Notes: generated by a model not told the origin, from the sequence alone. Positions 1 to 8,971 are shown, numbered from the stretch's first letter. The stretch: DNA of 64,000 bases from Lachnospiraceae bacterium (GCA_017427415.1 JAFRSU010000086.1:12547-76546); one strand, 5' to 3'. Numbers and translations: made by a program.

Positions 1-2
1 CA

Positions 3-200
3 TTAAAGGATATAGAAAACATATATGCTTCGTTTTTTGATAAGATAGACGGGCTGCTGGAGAAAAAAGCTGTAGTGGTGCTTTATTCGAGAAATCCTGA
101 GTTTGTCAAGAAGTATTATATAAAGTCCGGCTGCAGCATAGCTGAAGATTTTGAGATATCAAAGTTTGAGAATGCACATCTTTTTGTTTTAACAAGATGA
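3..200 (+). CDS. C-terminal fragment (65 codons) of a CDS that starts upstream of the window; function not assignable
   Basis: Frame 3 is open from the window edge to TGA 198-200 (...KKAVVVLYSRNPEFVKKYYIKSGCSIAEDFEISKFENAHLFVLTR*). Confidence 0.4.
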   Translation, partial: LKDIENIYASFFDKIDGLLEKKAVVVLYSRNPEFVKKYYIKSGCSIAEDFEISKFENAHLFVLTR

Positions 201-231
201 TAATATTAGGATTATCAAAGGGGGAATTCAC

Positions 232-387
232 TTGAAAAAAGCCAAGATTGTACTGATTTTTTCGTTACTCATTTTGATTTCATTATTGGTAGTTTTTATA
301 GTGACCAGACCCGCAGACGAAACCGAGGCTGAACCCAAGGCTGTATCTAAGCTTGAACAATATCAGGCTGGACTCAAGGACAAATAA
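232..387 (+). CDS. small single-pass membrane protein (51 aa, TTG start)
   Basis: TTG at 232 lies 7 nt after AAGGGGGAA. The product LKKAKIVLIFSLLILISLLVVFIVTRPADETEAEP... has one hydrophobic helix. Its TAA abuts the next ATG (385-390). It is below the ORF-track size cutoff. Confidence 0.4.
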   Translation: MKKAKIVLIFSLLILISLLVVFIVTRPADETEAEPKAVSKLEQYQAGLKDK

Positions 388-1284
388 ATGATCATTATGA
401 TATTGGCTGCCCTTACTATGATACCTATATTCGGGTTATGGGGCTTTTTTGAATTAAAACACATTGTAAAAAAAGAATATATCATTGAATCTCCTGATAT
501 CCCGGAGTCTCTCGACGGGAAAAAACTGGCTCTTATAAGTGACCAGCATGGCATATTTCAGGGAGAAGACAATAAAAGGGTATTTGATATACTTGATAAT
601 GTATCCCCTGATCTTATCGTGATAGCGGGGGATATGGTAAACGGCAGGGGCAAGCACGAGTTAAGATATGTGTCCCGGTTTTTAAAGAGAACTTCAAAAT
701 ATGATGTCCCTGTTATCTATACCTTCGGCAATCACGAGGAAAAGATGCATAAACATCATCCCCGTGCATATAAAAGGCTTAAAAGGATAGCTAAAGCCCG
801 GTCGATATTGCTTAATAACAGAGCATATTGTCCGAAGGATATGCAGGACGTGATGTTTGTGGGACTGAATCTGCCTTTAGAGATGTATCATGCACATGAT
901 GAAGAGAATCTGATATACCGCAGGACAAAACGGATCATCAGACGATATGATGAAAAATATAACGGCTCAACTACAGATCCTGCATCAGACAAAAGATATA
1001 AGATACTTATAGCGCATGATCCGGAGCATCTTAAAAAATATTCTGAAAGCGGCTATAACCTTTGTCTGTCCGGACATCTGCACGGAGGCATAATCAGGAT
1101 CCCGTTTTTAGGAGGACTTGTAACACCTAGATTTCAGTTTTTCCATAAGGTTTCAAAGGGTTATTTTGAGACCGGAAAAATGAAGACCGTAGTATCGGGC
1201 GGAGTAGGCTGGCATGATATTCCGTTAAGGATATTTAATAAACCGGAGATTCCGGTCATCATATTTAAAAGAACAACAAATTGA
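388..1284 (+). CDS. membrane-anchored calcineurin-like metallophosphoesterase (YkuE-type)
   Basis: N-terminal TM helix. Motifs LISDQH, GDMVNGRG, GNHE and GHLHGG are present. Confidence 0.85.
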   Translation: MIIMILAALTMIPIFGLWGFFELKHIVKKEYIIESPDIPESLDGKKLALISDQHGIFQGEDNKRVFDILDNVSPDLIVIAGDMVNGRGKHELRYVSRFLKRTSKYDVPVIYTFGNHEEKMHKHHPRAYKRLKRIAKARSILLNNRAYCPKDMQDVMFVGLNLPLEMYHAHDEENLIYRRTKRIIRRYDEKYNGSTTDPASDKRYKILIAHDPEHLKKYSESGYNLCLSGHLHGGIIRIPFLGGLVTPRFQFFHKVSKGYFETGKMKTVVSGGVGWHDIPLRIFNKPEIPVIIFKRTTN

Positions 1285-1303
1285 AAGGAAGTAGTTTTTC
1301 GAC

Positions 1304-2080
1304 ATGAGCATATCGGTAAAACTTGATGCATTTGAAGGTCCGTTAGACCTCCTTTTGCAGCTTATAGAGAAAAACAAAATAGACATATACGATATTCCTA
1401 TAGCTCAGATCACCGACCAGTACATGGAAGTCATCAATACGATGTCCGAAGAAAAGATGGATGAGATGAGTGAGTTTTTGGTGATGGCGGCATACCTGCT
1501 TAAATTAAAGTCGGATATGCTTTTGCCTCAGGAGACATCACCGGAGACCGGAGAACCTGTCGATATAAGGTCTGAGCTTGTAGAAAAGCTGCTGGAATAT
1601 AAGATGTATAAATACGTATCATATGAGCTTAAAGACAGGCAGTATGATGCGGAAAAACTGATGTTTAAGGAAAGCACCATTCCTTTGGAAGTGCTTCAGT
1701 ACAAAGAGGATGTCGATATAGGCGAGATACTCGGGGATGTTGATCTAAGCAAGCTTAACAGCATATATAAGGATCTCGTAAAGAAGAAAGACGACAGGAT
1801 TGACCCTGTCAGGAGCAAGTTCGGAAGGATAGAAAAGGAAGATACCAATATCTATGCGATATTGCAGGATATCCAGATGTACGGGCTTGCCAACAGGCAT
1901 TTTTCTTTCAGACATTATCTGGACAGCAAAAAGACCAAAATGGAAGTTATCATCACTTTCCTTGCGATATTGGAACTTATAAAAATGGGCAGGGTTACCA
2001 TACATCAGGAAGAGATATTCGATGATATCATGATAGATTATCTGGCGGATGATATCGTTGAACTGGATGATTTTATGTGA
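1304..2080 (+). CDS. scpA: segregation and condensation protein A
   Basis: N-terminal FEGPLDLLLQLIEKNKIDIYDIPIAQIT signature. scpB follows directly. Confidence 0.9.
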   Translation: MSISVKLDAFEGPLDLLLQLIEKNKIDIYDIPIAQITDQYMEVINTMSEEKMDEMSEFLVMAAYLLKLKSDMLLPQETSPETGEPVDIRSELVEKLLEYKMYKYVSYELKDRQYDAEKLMFKESTIPLEVLQYKEDVDIGEILGDVDLSKLNSIYKDLVKKKDDRIDPVRSKFGRIEKEDTNIYAILQDIQMYGLANRHFSFRHYLDSKKTKMEVIITFLAILELIKMGRVTIHQEEIFDDIMIDYLADDIVELDDFM

Positions 2081-2130
2081 TACTAAAAGAATCTTATAAG
2101 TTATCTTATTAATAATTGGAGAAAAAAAAC

Positions 2131-2730
2131 ATGGACATGAATGAAGTTTCAGGTCTCGACATTGAATTAAAGCTTCTGCTTGCAAAAGTAGAAGCGATAC
2201 TTTTTACAATGGGTGAGGCCGTTGAGATAAGAAGGATAGCCGAAGCAGTCGGACATGATGAGGATACGGTAAGAAATTGTATACGGGCTCTTTCGGACAG
2301 ATATAAGGATGAAAGCTTCGGTATACAGATAATAGAACTGGACGGATCGTTTCAGATGTGTACAAAGCCTGAAATGTATGAGTCCATCATAAAGCTTACC
2401 AATGTACCTAAAAAGCATGTCTTAACCGATGTATTGCTTGAGACGCTCTCGATAGTGGCATACAAGCAGCCCATCACAAAAGCCGATATAGAGTCGATCA
2501 GAGGAGTAAATTCCGATCACTCCATCAATAAGCTTTTGGAATACGGACTTATAGAGGAAGTAGGAAGGAAAAATGCTCCCGGACGTCCGTGCCTGTTCGG
2601 TACCTCAGAAGAATTCTTAAGACATTTCGGTATATCCTCGATTGATGAGCTCCCTGTCATCACACCAGAGAAGATGGAAGAGTTCAAGAGCGAAGCAGAA
2701 GATGAGATGCAGCTTAAACTGGATATATAA
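2131..2730 (+). CDS. scpB: segregation and condensation protein B
   Basis: Winged-helix ScpB pattern (VEAILFTMGEAV, LETLSIVAYKQPITKADIESIRGV). ATG 2131 has GGAG 9 nt upstream. The ORF-track TTG at 2116 is an alternative start. Confidence 0.9.
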   Translation: MDMNEVSGLDIELKLLLAKVEAILFTMGEAVEIRRIAEAVGHDEDTVRNCIRALSDRYKDESFGIQIIELDGSFQMCTKPEMYESIIKLTNVPKKHVLTDVLLETLSIVAYKQPITKADIESIRGVNSDHSINKLLEYGLIEEVGRKNAPGRPCLFGTSEEFLRHFGISSIDELPVITPEKMEEFKSEAEDEMQLKLDI

Positions 2731-2742
2731 TACTGATAAAAG

Positions 2743-2773
2743 ACGCCGGATCAAAGGATAACAGATCCGGCGT
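2743..2773. terminator. GC-rich hairpin after scpB (no T-tract on + strand)
   Basis: ACGCCGGATC-11 nt-GATCCGGCGT perfect 10-bp stem. Confidence 0.4.
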
Positions 2774-2803
2774 ATAAAATATACGAAAATTCAAAAAAAA
2801 TTC

Positions 2804-2832
2804 TTGACAGTACTTGATATTTATGCTATTAT
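2804..2832 (+). promoter_or_regulatory. sigma-A type promoter of the rplU operon
   Basis: TTGACA (2804-2809), 17-bp spacer, TATTAT (2827-2832). Confidence 0.55.
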
Positions 2833-2834
2833 CA

Positions 2835-2905
2835 CCTAGTGTGCCGCACAGCGAGGGTTAAGTGACGTATGTCCCCCACAGCTGGCGAGATTTATAATAG
2901 GAGGA
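2835..2905 (+). promoter_or_regulatory. candidate ribosomal protein L21 leader (5' UTR of rplU-prp-rpmA)
   Basis: About 75 nt of GC-rich, structured-looking UTR lie between the promoter and the rplU SD. Firmicutes are known to carry an L21 leader at this position. I could not verify the fold. Confidence 0.4.
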
Positions 2906-2912
2906 TTCACTA

Positions 2913-3221
2913 ATGTACGCTATTATTACAACAGGCGGAAAGCAGTACAAGGTTGCCGAAGGCGATGTGATCAAGGTTGAGAAACTTGGCGCAGCTGAGG
3001 GAGATACAATTGATTTCGACCAGGTACTTGCAGTAAACAACGGTTCTTTAGTACTCGGAAATCCTACAGTAAGCGGAGCAAAGGTTTCTGCTACAGTAGT
3101 TGAGGAAGGCAAGAACAGAAAAGTTATTGTTTACAGATACAAGAGAAAGAGCGGCTATCATAAGAAGAACGGCCACAGACAGCTCTATACCAAAGTTAAG
3201 ATTGAAAAGATCAATGCTTAA
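2913..3221 (+). CDS. rplU: 50S ribosomal protein L21
   Basis: [18 protein letters not shown]... is the canonical L21 N-terminus. Confidence 0.95.
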   Translation: MYAIITTGGKQYKVAEGDVIKVEKLGAAEGDTIDFDQVLAVNNGSLVLGNPTVSGAKVSATVVEEGKNRKVIVYRYKRKSGYHKKNGHRQLYTKVKIEKINA

Positions 3222-3242
3222 CAGTAAAGAATCCCGAAATAG

Positions 3243-3563
3243 ATGATTAAGATATCTTTTTTTACAAATGATGACAACGAGATAACAGGCTTTGATTTTC
3301 ACGGACATGCAGGATTTTCCGAAAACGGGAATGATATTGTATGTGCCGCTGTATCAGCTCTGGTATTCAGTACAGTTAATGCAGTCGATCAGTTGACCAC
3401 ATTGGAATATGATGTAAAACAAGATGAGAAAAAAGGTCATTTTTATTTCAGATTAAAAGGAAAGCCCGATCATGATACAGATCTGTTGCTTAACAGTCTG
3501 AGACTTGGTGTGGGTGAGATTCAGAAAGAATATGGTAAAAAGTATATCCGAATAGAAAAATAG
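3243..3563 (+). CDS. prp: ribosomal-processing cysteine protease Prp
   Basis: GHAG...NDIVCAAVSAL motif. It lies between rplU and rpmA, as in Firmicutes. Confidence 0.85.
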   Translation: MIKISFFTNDDNEITGFDFHGHAGFSENGNDIVCAAVSALVFSTVNAVDQLTTLEYDVKQDEKKGHFYFRLKGKPDHDTDLLLNSLRLGVGEIQKEYGKKYIRIEK

Positions 3564-3575
3564 GAGGTGTAGGAC

Positions 3576-3863
3576 ATGTTAAAGATGAACCTTCAGTTCT
3601 TCGCTCATAAAAAGGGTGTTGGTTCTACCAAGAACGGTAGAGATTCCGAATCCAAGAGATTAGGAGCTAAGCGTGCTGACGGACAGTTTGTAAAGGCCGG
3701 AAATATCCTTTATAAGCAGCGCGGAACAAAAATTCATCCCGGTGTTAATGTTGGACGTGGCGGTGACGATACATTATTCGCACTTGTTGACGGTACATTA
3801 AGATTTGAGAGAAAGGGCAGAGATAAGAAGCAGGCTAGCGTTTATCCTGTTGCTGCCGAATAA
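3576..3863 (+). CDS. rpmA: 50S ribosomal protein L27 with cleavable N-terminal extension
   Basis: [24 protein letters not shown] carries the Prp cleavage motif NLQFFA. Confidence 0.95.
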   Translation: MLKMNLQFFAHKKGVGSTKNGRDSESKRLGAKRADGQFVKAGNILYKQRGTKIHPGVNVGRGGDDTLFALVDGTLRFERKGRDKKQASVYPVAAE

Positions 3864-3878
3864 TTTTGTTTATTTAAA

Positions 3879-3909
3879 GGCTGTTGCATTTTGCGACGGC
3901 CTTTTTTTT
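3879..3909 (+). terminator. intrinsic terminator after rpmA
   Basis: GGCTGTTGC-ATTTT-GCGACGGCC stem (two G-U pairs) followed by T8. Confidence 0.7.
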
Positions 3910-3921
3910 GAAGTGATCCGA

Positions 3922-3953
3922 GTGTGACAAGGGGACGGTTCTCCAGTCACATT
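3922..3953. repeat. GTGACA-family palindromic repeat, simple form, copy A
   Basis: GTGTGACAAGGGGACGGTTCTCCAGTCACAT. It ends 21 nt before the obg ATG. Confidence 0.8.
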
Positions 3954-3974
3954 ATAATGAAAGGAGTGGTCCAT

Positions 3975-5264
3975 ATGTTTGCGGATACAGCTAAGATATA
4001 TATCAGATCCGGCAAAGGCGGAGACGGACATGTAAGCTTCAGACGTGAGAAATTCGTACCGGACGGCGGCCCGGACGGCGGAGACGGCGGAAGAGGCGGA
4101 GATGTTGTTTTTGTCGTAGATAAGGGATTAAATACCTTAAATGACTTCCGTTATACACATAAGTTTTGTGCCCAGAACGGTGAGGACGGCAAAAACAAAA
4201 GATGCTCAGGCTTGAACGGTGAAGACCTTATCATAAAAGTACCTGAAGGTACAGTGCTCCGTGAGGAAGAATCCGGTAAGGTTGTAGCAGATATGTCCCA
4301 CGGTAACGAACGCCAGGTGATCCTTACAGGCGGCCGCGGCGGTAAAGGAAATATGCATTATGCGACATCCACTATGCAGGCTCCGAAATACGCTCAGCCC
4401 GGTCAGGCTGCAAAGGAGCTTAATCTTATATTGGAGTTAAAGTGTATCGCCGATGTAGGCCTTGTAGGCTTCCCAAATGTCGGAAAATCCACATTCCTTT
4501 CACGTGTATCCAATGCTAAGCCTAAGATTGCGGATTATCATTTTACTACTCTTAATCCTAACCTGGGTGTAGTTAGCCTTGACGGAGGAAAAGGATTTGT
4601 CATAGCAGATATCCCGGGACTTATAGAAGGCGCTGCGGAAGGTATCGGTCTTGGCATACAGTTTTTAAAGCATATCGAAAGAACCAAGGTCATAATCCAC
4701 ATAGTGGATGCTGCATCCGTAGAGGGCAGGGATCCTGTGGATGATATCAATAAGATAAATGCCGAGCTGGAGAAATATGATCCTAAGCTGTTAGAGAAGC
4801 CTCAGATCATTGCCGCCAACAAAATGGATGTCCTGTTCGGTGAGGAAAAGGATGCCGCTATAGCTAAATTAAAAGATGCTTTTGCAGACAAAGGTGTAAA
4901 GATAGTGCCTATATCGGCCGTATCCGGTGAGGGTGTAAAGGAGCTTTTGTATGATGTATACGATCTTTTACAGGAAGCAGGTACCGAGCCTATAGTATAC
5001 GAACCGGAATATATTTATGAAGAAAAGATTGACAAAAATCTTCCTTTCACTGTATCATATGATGAGGAAGAAAAAGTATATCTGGTTGAAGGTCCCCGTA
5101 TCGAGAGGATGCTCGGATATACTAATCTTGATTCGGAAAAAGGCTTTACTTTCTTCCAGAATTTCTTAAAAGAAAACGGTATCTTAGATGAGCTTGAGGC
5201 TCTGGGGATCAAAGACGGAGATACAGTAAGGCTGTACGGTTGGGATTTTGACTACTATAAATAA
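3975..5264 (+). CDS. obg: GTPase Obg
   Basis: MFADTAKIYIRSGKGGDGHVSFRREKF, a Gly-rich Obg fold, G1 GFPNVGKST and a C-terminal OCT domain. GGAG lies upstream of ATG 3975. The ORF-track GTG at 3924 lies inside the repeat. Confidence 0.95.
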   Translation: MFADTAKIYIRSGKGGDGHVSFRREKFVPDGGPDGGDGGRGGDVVFVVDKGLNTLNDFRYTHKFCAQNGEDGKNKRCSGLNGEDLIIKVPEGTVLREEESGKVVADMSHGNERQVILTGGRGGKGNMHYATSTMQAPKYAQPGQAAKELNLILELKCIADVGLVGFPNVGKSTFLSRVSNAKPKIADYHFTTLNPNLGVVSLDGGKGFVIADIPGLIEGAAEGIGLGIQFLKHIERTKVIIHIVDAASVEGRDPVDDINKINAELEKYDPKLLEKPQIIAANKMDVLFGEEKDAAIAKLKDAFADKGVKIVPISAVSGEGVKELLYDVYDLLQEAGTEPIVYEPEYIYEEKIDKNLPFTVSYDEEEKVYLVEGPRIERMLGYTNLDSEKGFTFFQNFLKENGILDELEALGIKDGDTVRLYGWDFDYYK

Positions 5265-5265
5265 T

Positions 5266-5294
5266 ATGTCATCCTACGCGCATCAAAGGATCTT
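5266..5294. repeat. GTCATCC...AAGGATC family repeat, copy 1
   Basis: ATGTCATCCTACGCGCATCAAAGGATCTT, directly after the obg stop. Confidence 0.7.
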
Positions 5295-5307
5295 ATAAGG
5301 AGAAAAC

Positions 5308-5592
5308 ATGACTACAAAACAGAGGGCTTATCTTAAAAGCCTTGCAATGAACTTAGAGCCCATATACCAGATCGGTAAATCAAGCATAACACCTGAATTT
5401 ACCACCGGTATAGCGGAAGCATTGGAAGCCAGGGAGCTTATAAAGATATCCGTTCTTAAAAACTGTGCGGACGATCCTAAAGAACTGGCACAGATACTTT
5501 CCGAAAGGACAGGTTCAGAGGTTATACAGGTAATAGGTAAAAAGATAGTATTATATAAGAGATCAAAGAAAAATCCTAAAATAGACATCTGA
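5308..5592 (+). CDS. yhbY: YhbY/CRM-domain RNA-binding protein
   Basis: RAYLKSLAMNLEPIYQIGKSSIT...ARELIKISVL pattern. It lies upstream of nadD, as yqeI does in B. subtilis. Confidence 0.8.
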   Translation: MTTKQRAYLKSLAMNLEPIYQIGKSSITPEFTTGIAEALEARELIKISVLKNCADDPKELAQILSERTGSEVIQVIGKKIVLYKRSKKNPKIDI

Positions 5593-5605
5593 AAGGATTG
5601 ATATT

Positions 5606-6850
5606 ATGGAAAAGATCGGAATAATGGGCGGAACCTTTAATCCAATACATTTGTCTCATATAATGATAGCCGGAAGGGCTTTGGAATATCTTAAACTTGA
5701 CAAGATACTTTTTATGCCCTCAAAACTGCCGGCACATAAGGATAACAATGAACTGGTATCGGAAAAAGACCGTAATGCCATGGTAAAAATGGCTATAAAG
5801 GATTATCCGGGATTTGAATTTTCTGATTATGAGATGAACAGGGAAGGTTACACATATACTGCAGATACTGTCGAGCATCTTACCCATGAAAATCCGAATG
5901 TAAGATATTATTTTATCCTTGGCGGGGATTCACTGGCACAGTTTGAAAAGTGGCACAGACCCGATCATATCCTGGAGAATTGTGCGCTTGTATGTGCACC
6001 CAGGATCAGTGATGCAGTAGGACTTAAAGGCAACAACGAAGAGTTTATAAATATCGCCAAACATCTGGTAGATAAGTTTTCCAAGAAAAAGGCAGACGGT
6101 TCATTATTCATACCTGAGATACATTTTATCCCGGGCCCTTTGGTAAGTATATCTTCTTCAGATGTAAGGAATCATATAAAGTGCGGCATGGCTATAACAG
6201 GTATGGTGCCTGCCGGAGTGGACAAGTATATAACCGAAAACGGACTGTACACAGATGCTTTTTTTGAAAGCATTAAGCAGGAATTACAGAAAAAACTTAC
6301 ACCCAAACGCTATAAGCATGTGATAAATGTGGCTGAGACTGCATTTAAGCTAGCATTAAGCTATGGGATAGACCCTGTAAAGGCTTATACAGCCGGTCTG
6401 TTGCATGACTGTGCCAAATATTTCAGCGATGAGGAAATATTAAAGGAAGCCGAAAAATACGGTATAGTTCCTGAGGCAGCCGAACTTGCCACACCGTGCA
6501 ATCTGCTGCATTCCAAGGTCGGATCATTTATCGCCGCTGAAAAGTACTGCATAGAAGAAAAAGATATACTGGATGCGATATATTATCATACAACAGGAAG
6601 ACCCGACATGACTTTGCTTGAAGAGATAATATATGCGGCAGATATCTTAGAGCCGGGCAGGGATATGGAGTATACGCCTTCGCTTGATATACTCAGGTCT
6701 GAAGCCTCGTATGATCTTGATCTGGTGGTATATCAGCTTTTGGAAAATGCGGTACCGTATTTAAAGGAAAAATGTAAAGACTGCATCTGTACTCTGACTC
6801 TTGATACATATGAGTATTATAAGAAACTGATAAATGAGAGAAAAAATTGA
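5606..6850 (+). CDS. nadD: nicotinate-nucleotide adenylyltransferase fused to YqeK HD-domain hydrolase
   Basis: N-terminal half has GGTFNPIHLSH and SISSSDVR (NadD). C-terminal half has RYKHVINVAETA...GLLHDCAKY...YYHTTG (YqeK HD domain). Single 414-aa frame. Confidence 0.9.
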   Translation: MEKIGIMGGTFNPIHLSHIMIAGRALEYLKLDKILFMPSKLPAHKDNNELVSEKDRNAMVKMAIKDYPGFEFSDYEMNREGYTYTADTVEHLTHENPNVRYYFILGGDSLAQFEKWHRPDHILENCALVCAPRISDAVGLKGNNEEFINIAKHLVDKFSKKKADGSLFIPEIHFIPGPLVSISSSDVRNHIKCGMAITGMVPAGVDKYITENGLYTDAFFESIKQELQKKLTPKRYKHVINVAETAFKLALSYGIDPVKAYTAGLLHDCAKYFSDEEILKEAEKYGIVPEAAELATPCNLLHSKVGSFIAAEKYCIEEKDILDAIYYHTTGRPDMTLLEEIIYAADILEPGRDMEYTPSLDILRSEASYDLDLVVYQLLENAVPYLKEKCKDCICTLTLDTYEYYKKLINERKN

Positions 6851-6861
6851 CGGAGTAATAT

Positions 6862-7206
6862 ATGAAGGATATAGAGAAAATAGTTAAACTGGCCAGAAAT
6901 GCCATGGAAGATAAAAAGGCAATAGATGTTAAGGTAATATACATCGGTGAGATATCTGTCATGGCCGACTACTTCATTATCTGCAGTGCCAGCTCGAGTG
7001 CTCAGATGGAAGCCATAGTCGATAATGTAGCAGAGGAACTGGCAAAAGAAAAGGTATTTTGCAAGAAAACAGAAGGCAACCGTAACAGCGGCTGGATACT
7101 TATGGATTACGGCGATATAGTAGTACATGTATTCATGCGTGAGGACCGTGAATTCTACAATCTGGAGAGAATCTGGAGAGACGGCAAGGTCGTATTTGAT
7201 GACTGA
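6862..7206 (+). CDS. rsfS: ribosome silencing factor RsfS
   Basis: DYFIICSASSSAQMEAIVDNV...WILMDYGDIVVHVF...FYNLERIW motifs. Confidence 0.9.
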   Translation: MKDIEKIVKLARNAMEDKKAIDVKVIYIGEISVMADYFIICSASSSAQMEAIVDNVAEELAKEKVFCKKTEGNRNSGWILMDYGDIVVHVFMREDREFYNLERIWRDGKVVFDD

Positions 7207-7210
7207 TAAA

Positions 7211-7306
7211 AATGTCATCCTTAGCGTGGCAAAGGAACTTATAAAAAATGTCATCCTGAGTGAATCAAAGGAACTTTAAGATCCTTCACTTCGTTCAGGA
7301 TGACTT
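7211..7306. repeat. three clustered GTCATCC...AAGGA copies (two direct, one inverted) forming a bidirectional terminator
   Basis: Copies at 7211-7240, 7247-7276 and 7278-7306 (inverted). GTCATCCTGA (7250-7259) pairs with TCAGGATGAC (7295-7304). T-runs are present on both strands. Confidence 0.75.
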
Positions 7307-7349
7307 TTTAATTCATCAAAATCAGCTTATTTAATCATCAGAATAACTT

Positions 7350-7967
7350 TCAGAATAACCTGAATAATCCGATAACCTTACCGAGTATCTGGCAGACATC
7401 GGTAATGATGGGAGAGAATATCTCATTCTCAGGCTGGAGCCTATAGTGACCGTCTTCTTTATAGAAGGTCTTGACCGTCACTGTATCACCGATGAGAGCT
7501 ACTACATAGTCGCCGTTATTGGCTGTGGTCTGCTGCTCGACAAGGATAAGGTCCTTATCATGTATGCCGGCGTTTTTCATGCTTTCGCCCTTCACACGGA
7601 GCATGAACACTTCCTTGCCGTAAGGAAGCACATCGGAAGGAAGAGGGAAGTATCCCTCGTAGTTCTCAACAGCCAGGATAGGAAGACCTGCCGTGACTGT
7701 CCCCAATATGGGTACATTAAGATTGTTACGGCGGAAGCTTGAGAATGAATCGTCAACTATCTCTATACAACGGGGCTTAGCAGGGTCACGCCTGATAAAT
7801 CCGTGCTTCTCCAAAGAATTAAGATGTGCATGTACGGAAGAGGTGGACTTAAGATGTACTGCTTCACATATCTCCCTTACCGAAGGAGGAAAGCCTTTGT
7901 CCACTATCTGTTCTTTTATATAATCAAGTATCTCACGCTGCTTTTTGGAAATTATATCTCTTGCCAT
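7350..7967 (-). CDS. lexA: LexA repressor
   Basis: N-terminal wHTH (KQREILDYIK...PPSVREICEAV). C-terminal S24 peptidase (VKGESM..., GDYVVALI). Confidence 0.95.
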   Translation of the reverse strand: MARDIISKKQREILDYIKEQIVDKGFPPSVREICEAVHLKSTSSVHAHLNSLEKHGFIRRDPAKPRCIEIVDDSFSSFRRNNLNVPILGTVTAGLPILAVENYEGYFPLPSDVLPYGKEVFMLRVKGESMKNAGIHDKDLILVEQQTTANNGDYVVALIGDTVTVKTFYKEDGHYRLQPENEIFSPIITDVCQILGKVIGLFRLF

Positions 7968-8034
7968 GAATAAAACCCGTTACCTTTCCGGTATGATCAC
8001 CTAAATAAGTATAATATAGCCAATAATAAAATAT

Positions 8035-8048
8035 CGAATATTAGTTCG
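8035..8048 (-). promoter_or_regulatory. SOS (Cheo) box upstream of lexA
   Basis: CGAATATTAGTTCG matches the Gram-positive consensus CGAAC-N4-GTTCG at 9 of 10 arm positions. It lies between the -10 and the lexA start. Confidence 0.7.
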
Positions 8049-8055
8049 TATTCAT

Positions 8056-8084
8056 ATGATAACATATAAAATACAATTTGTCAA
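8056..8084 (-). promoter_or_regulatory. lexA promoter
   Basis: On the minus strand: TTGACA (8084-8079), 17-bp spacer, TATCAT (8061-8056). Confidence 0.5.
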
Positions 8085-8100
8085 ACAAATGTTTGTATTT

Positions 8101-8817
8101 TTATTTGATCTTTTTTGTTTCCCAGTATTCATGCACTGCATGAAAAAGCCTGTCTTTTACACCGGGGTTCTCTTTTTCAAGCGTTTTGATCAAAGTTTTA
8201 ACGTATTCGCGTTTGGTGTAACCGTCAGCAGGGCATGGATTTTTCTCCACAGGCAGGCTGTACAGATTTTTGAAACCGACAACATCGCACTCATCCACAT
8301 ATAAAAGAGGACGTATAAGAGTGATATCCATCCGGTCTAAGTAAGTTACGGGAGCATAGCAGTAATAATGTCCTTCATATATAAGGGACATCAAAGTGGT
8401 TTCTATGGCATCGTCTTTGTGATGAGCGTAGGCTTCTTTGTTACAGCCGAGCTTTTTGGCTTCGTCGTTAAAAGCACCTTTACGCATTTTGGCACATAAT
8501 GAACAGGGATTTTCTTCCTTCCTTATATCAAATACGACCTGTTTTATCTCGGTATCTACCACGGTATAATGAACACCCATTTCATCACACAGAGCCCTTA
8601 TCCTTGAGGTATCAAACTCGGGAAATCCCATATTGACGGTGATGGCTTCTATCTCAAAATGCTTGGGATAAAAGCGTCGCAATCCGTTTAATGCGTATAG
8701 GAGAGTAAGGCTGTCCTTACCGCCGGATATACCTATGGCTATACGGTCGCCTTCCGCGATCATATTATATTCGTCAACGGCCTTACGGGTAAGACTTAAT
8801 AATCTCTTTAACTGCAT
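8101..8817 (-). CDS. PP-loop ATPase, TtcA-family tRNA thiolation enzyme
   Basis: SGGKDS PP-loop, CSLCAKMRKG and HHKDD. GGAGG lies 6 nt upstream of ATG 8817. The ORF-track start at 8835 is less likely. Confidence 0.8.
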   Translation of the reverse strand: MQLKRLLSLTRKAVDEYNMIAEGDRIAIGISGGKDSLTLLYALNGLRRFYPKHFEIEAITVNMGFPEFDTSRIRALCDEMGVHYTVVDTEIKQVVFDIRKEENPCSLCAKMRKGAFNDEAKKLGCNKEAYAHHKDDAIETTLMSLIYEGHYYCYAPVTYLDRMDITLIRPLLYVDECDVVGFKNLYSLPVEKNPCPADGYTKREYVKTLIKTLEKENPGVKDRLFHAVHEYWETKKIK

Positions 8818-8892
8818 ATTTACCTCCGAAATCAAACACTTATAGATTTTATCACAAATTTGTTAAATTGTGTAGCATTTTTGTGAAATGCC

Positions 8893-8921
8893 TTGACTTT
8901 TTAAAGCAGTTAAATGATAAT
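8893..8921 (+). promoter_or_regulatory. candidate promoter of the amidase gene
   Basis: TTGACT, 17 bp, GATAAT. Confidence 0.45.
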
Positions 8922-8971
8922 ATTACATGGTTGTTACAAAAGTATAATACGATGGAACATGAGGATTATCA

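Noticed and set aside
3924-3974. N-terminal extensions offered by the ORF track at obg 3924, thiI 25424, DUF1292 29523, tldD 12277, mtaB 27076, esterase 42793 and ackA 16410.
   Set aside because: The extensions start at GTG or TTG inside palindromic repeats or AT-rich spacers, and the extra residues are not part of the conserved family N-termini. Each internal ATG has a proper SD, and the protein then begins with the canonical family sequence.
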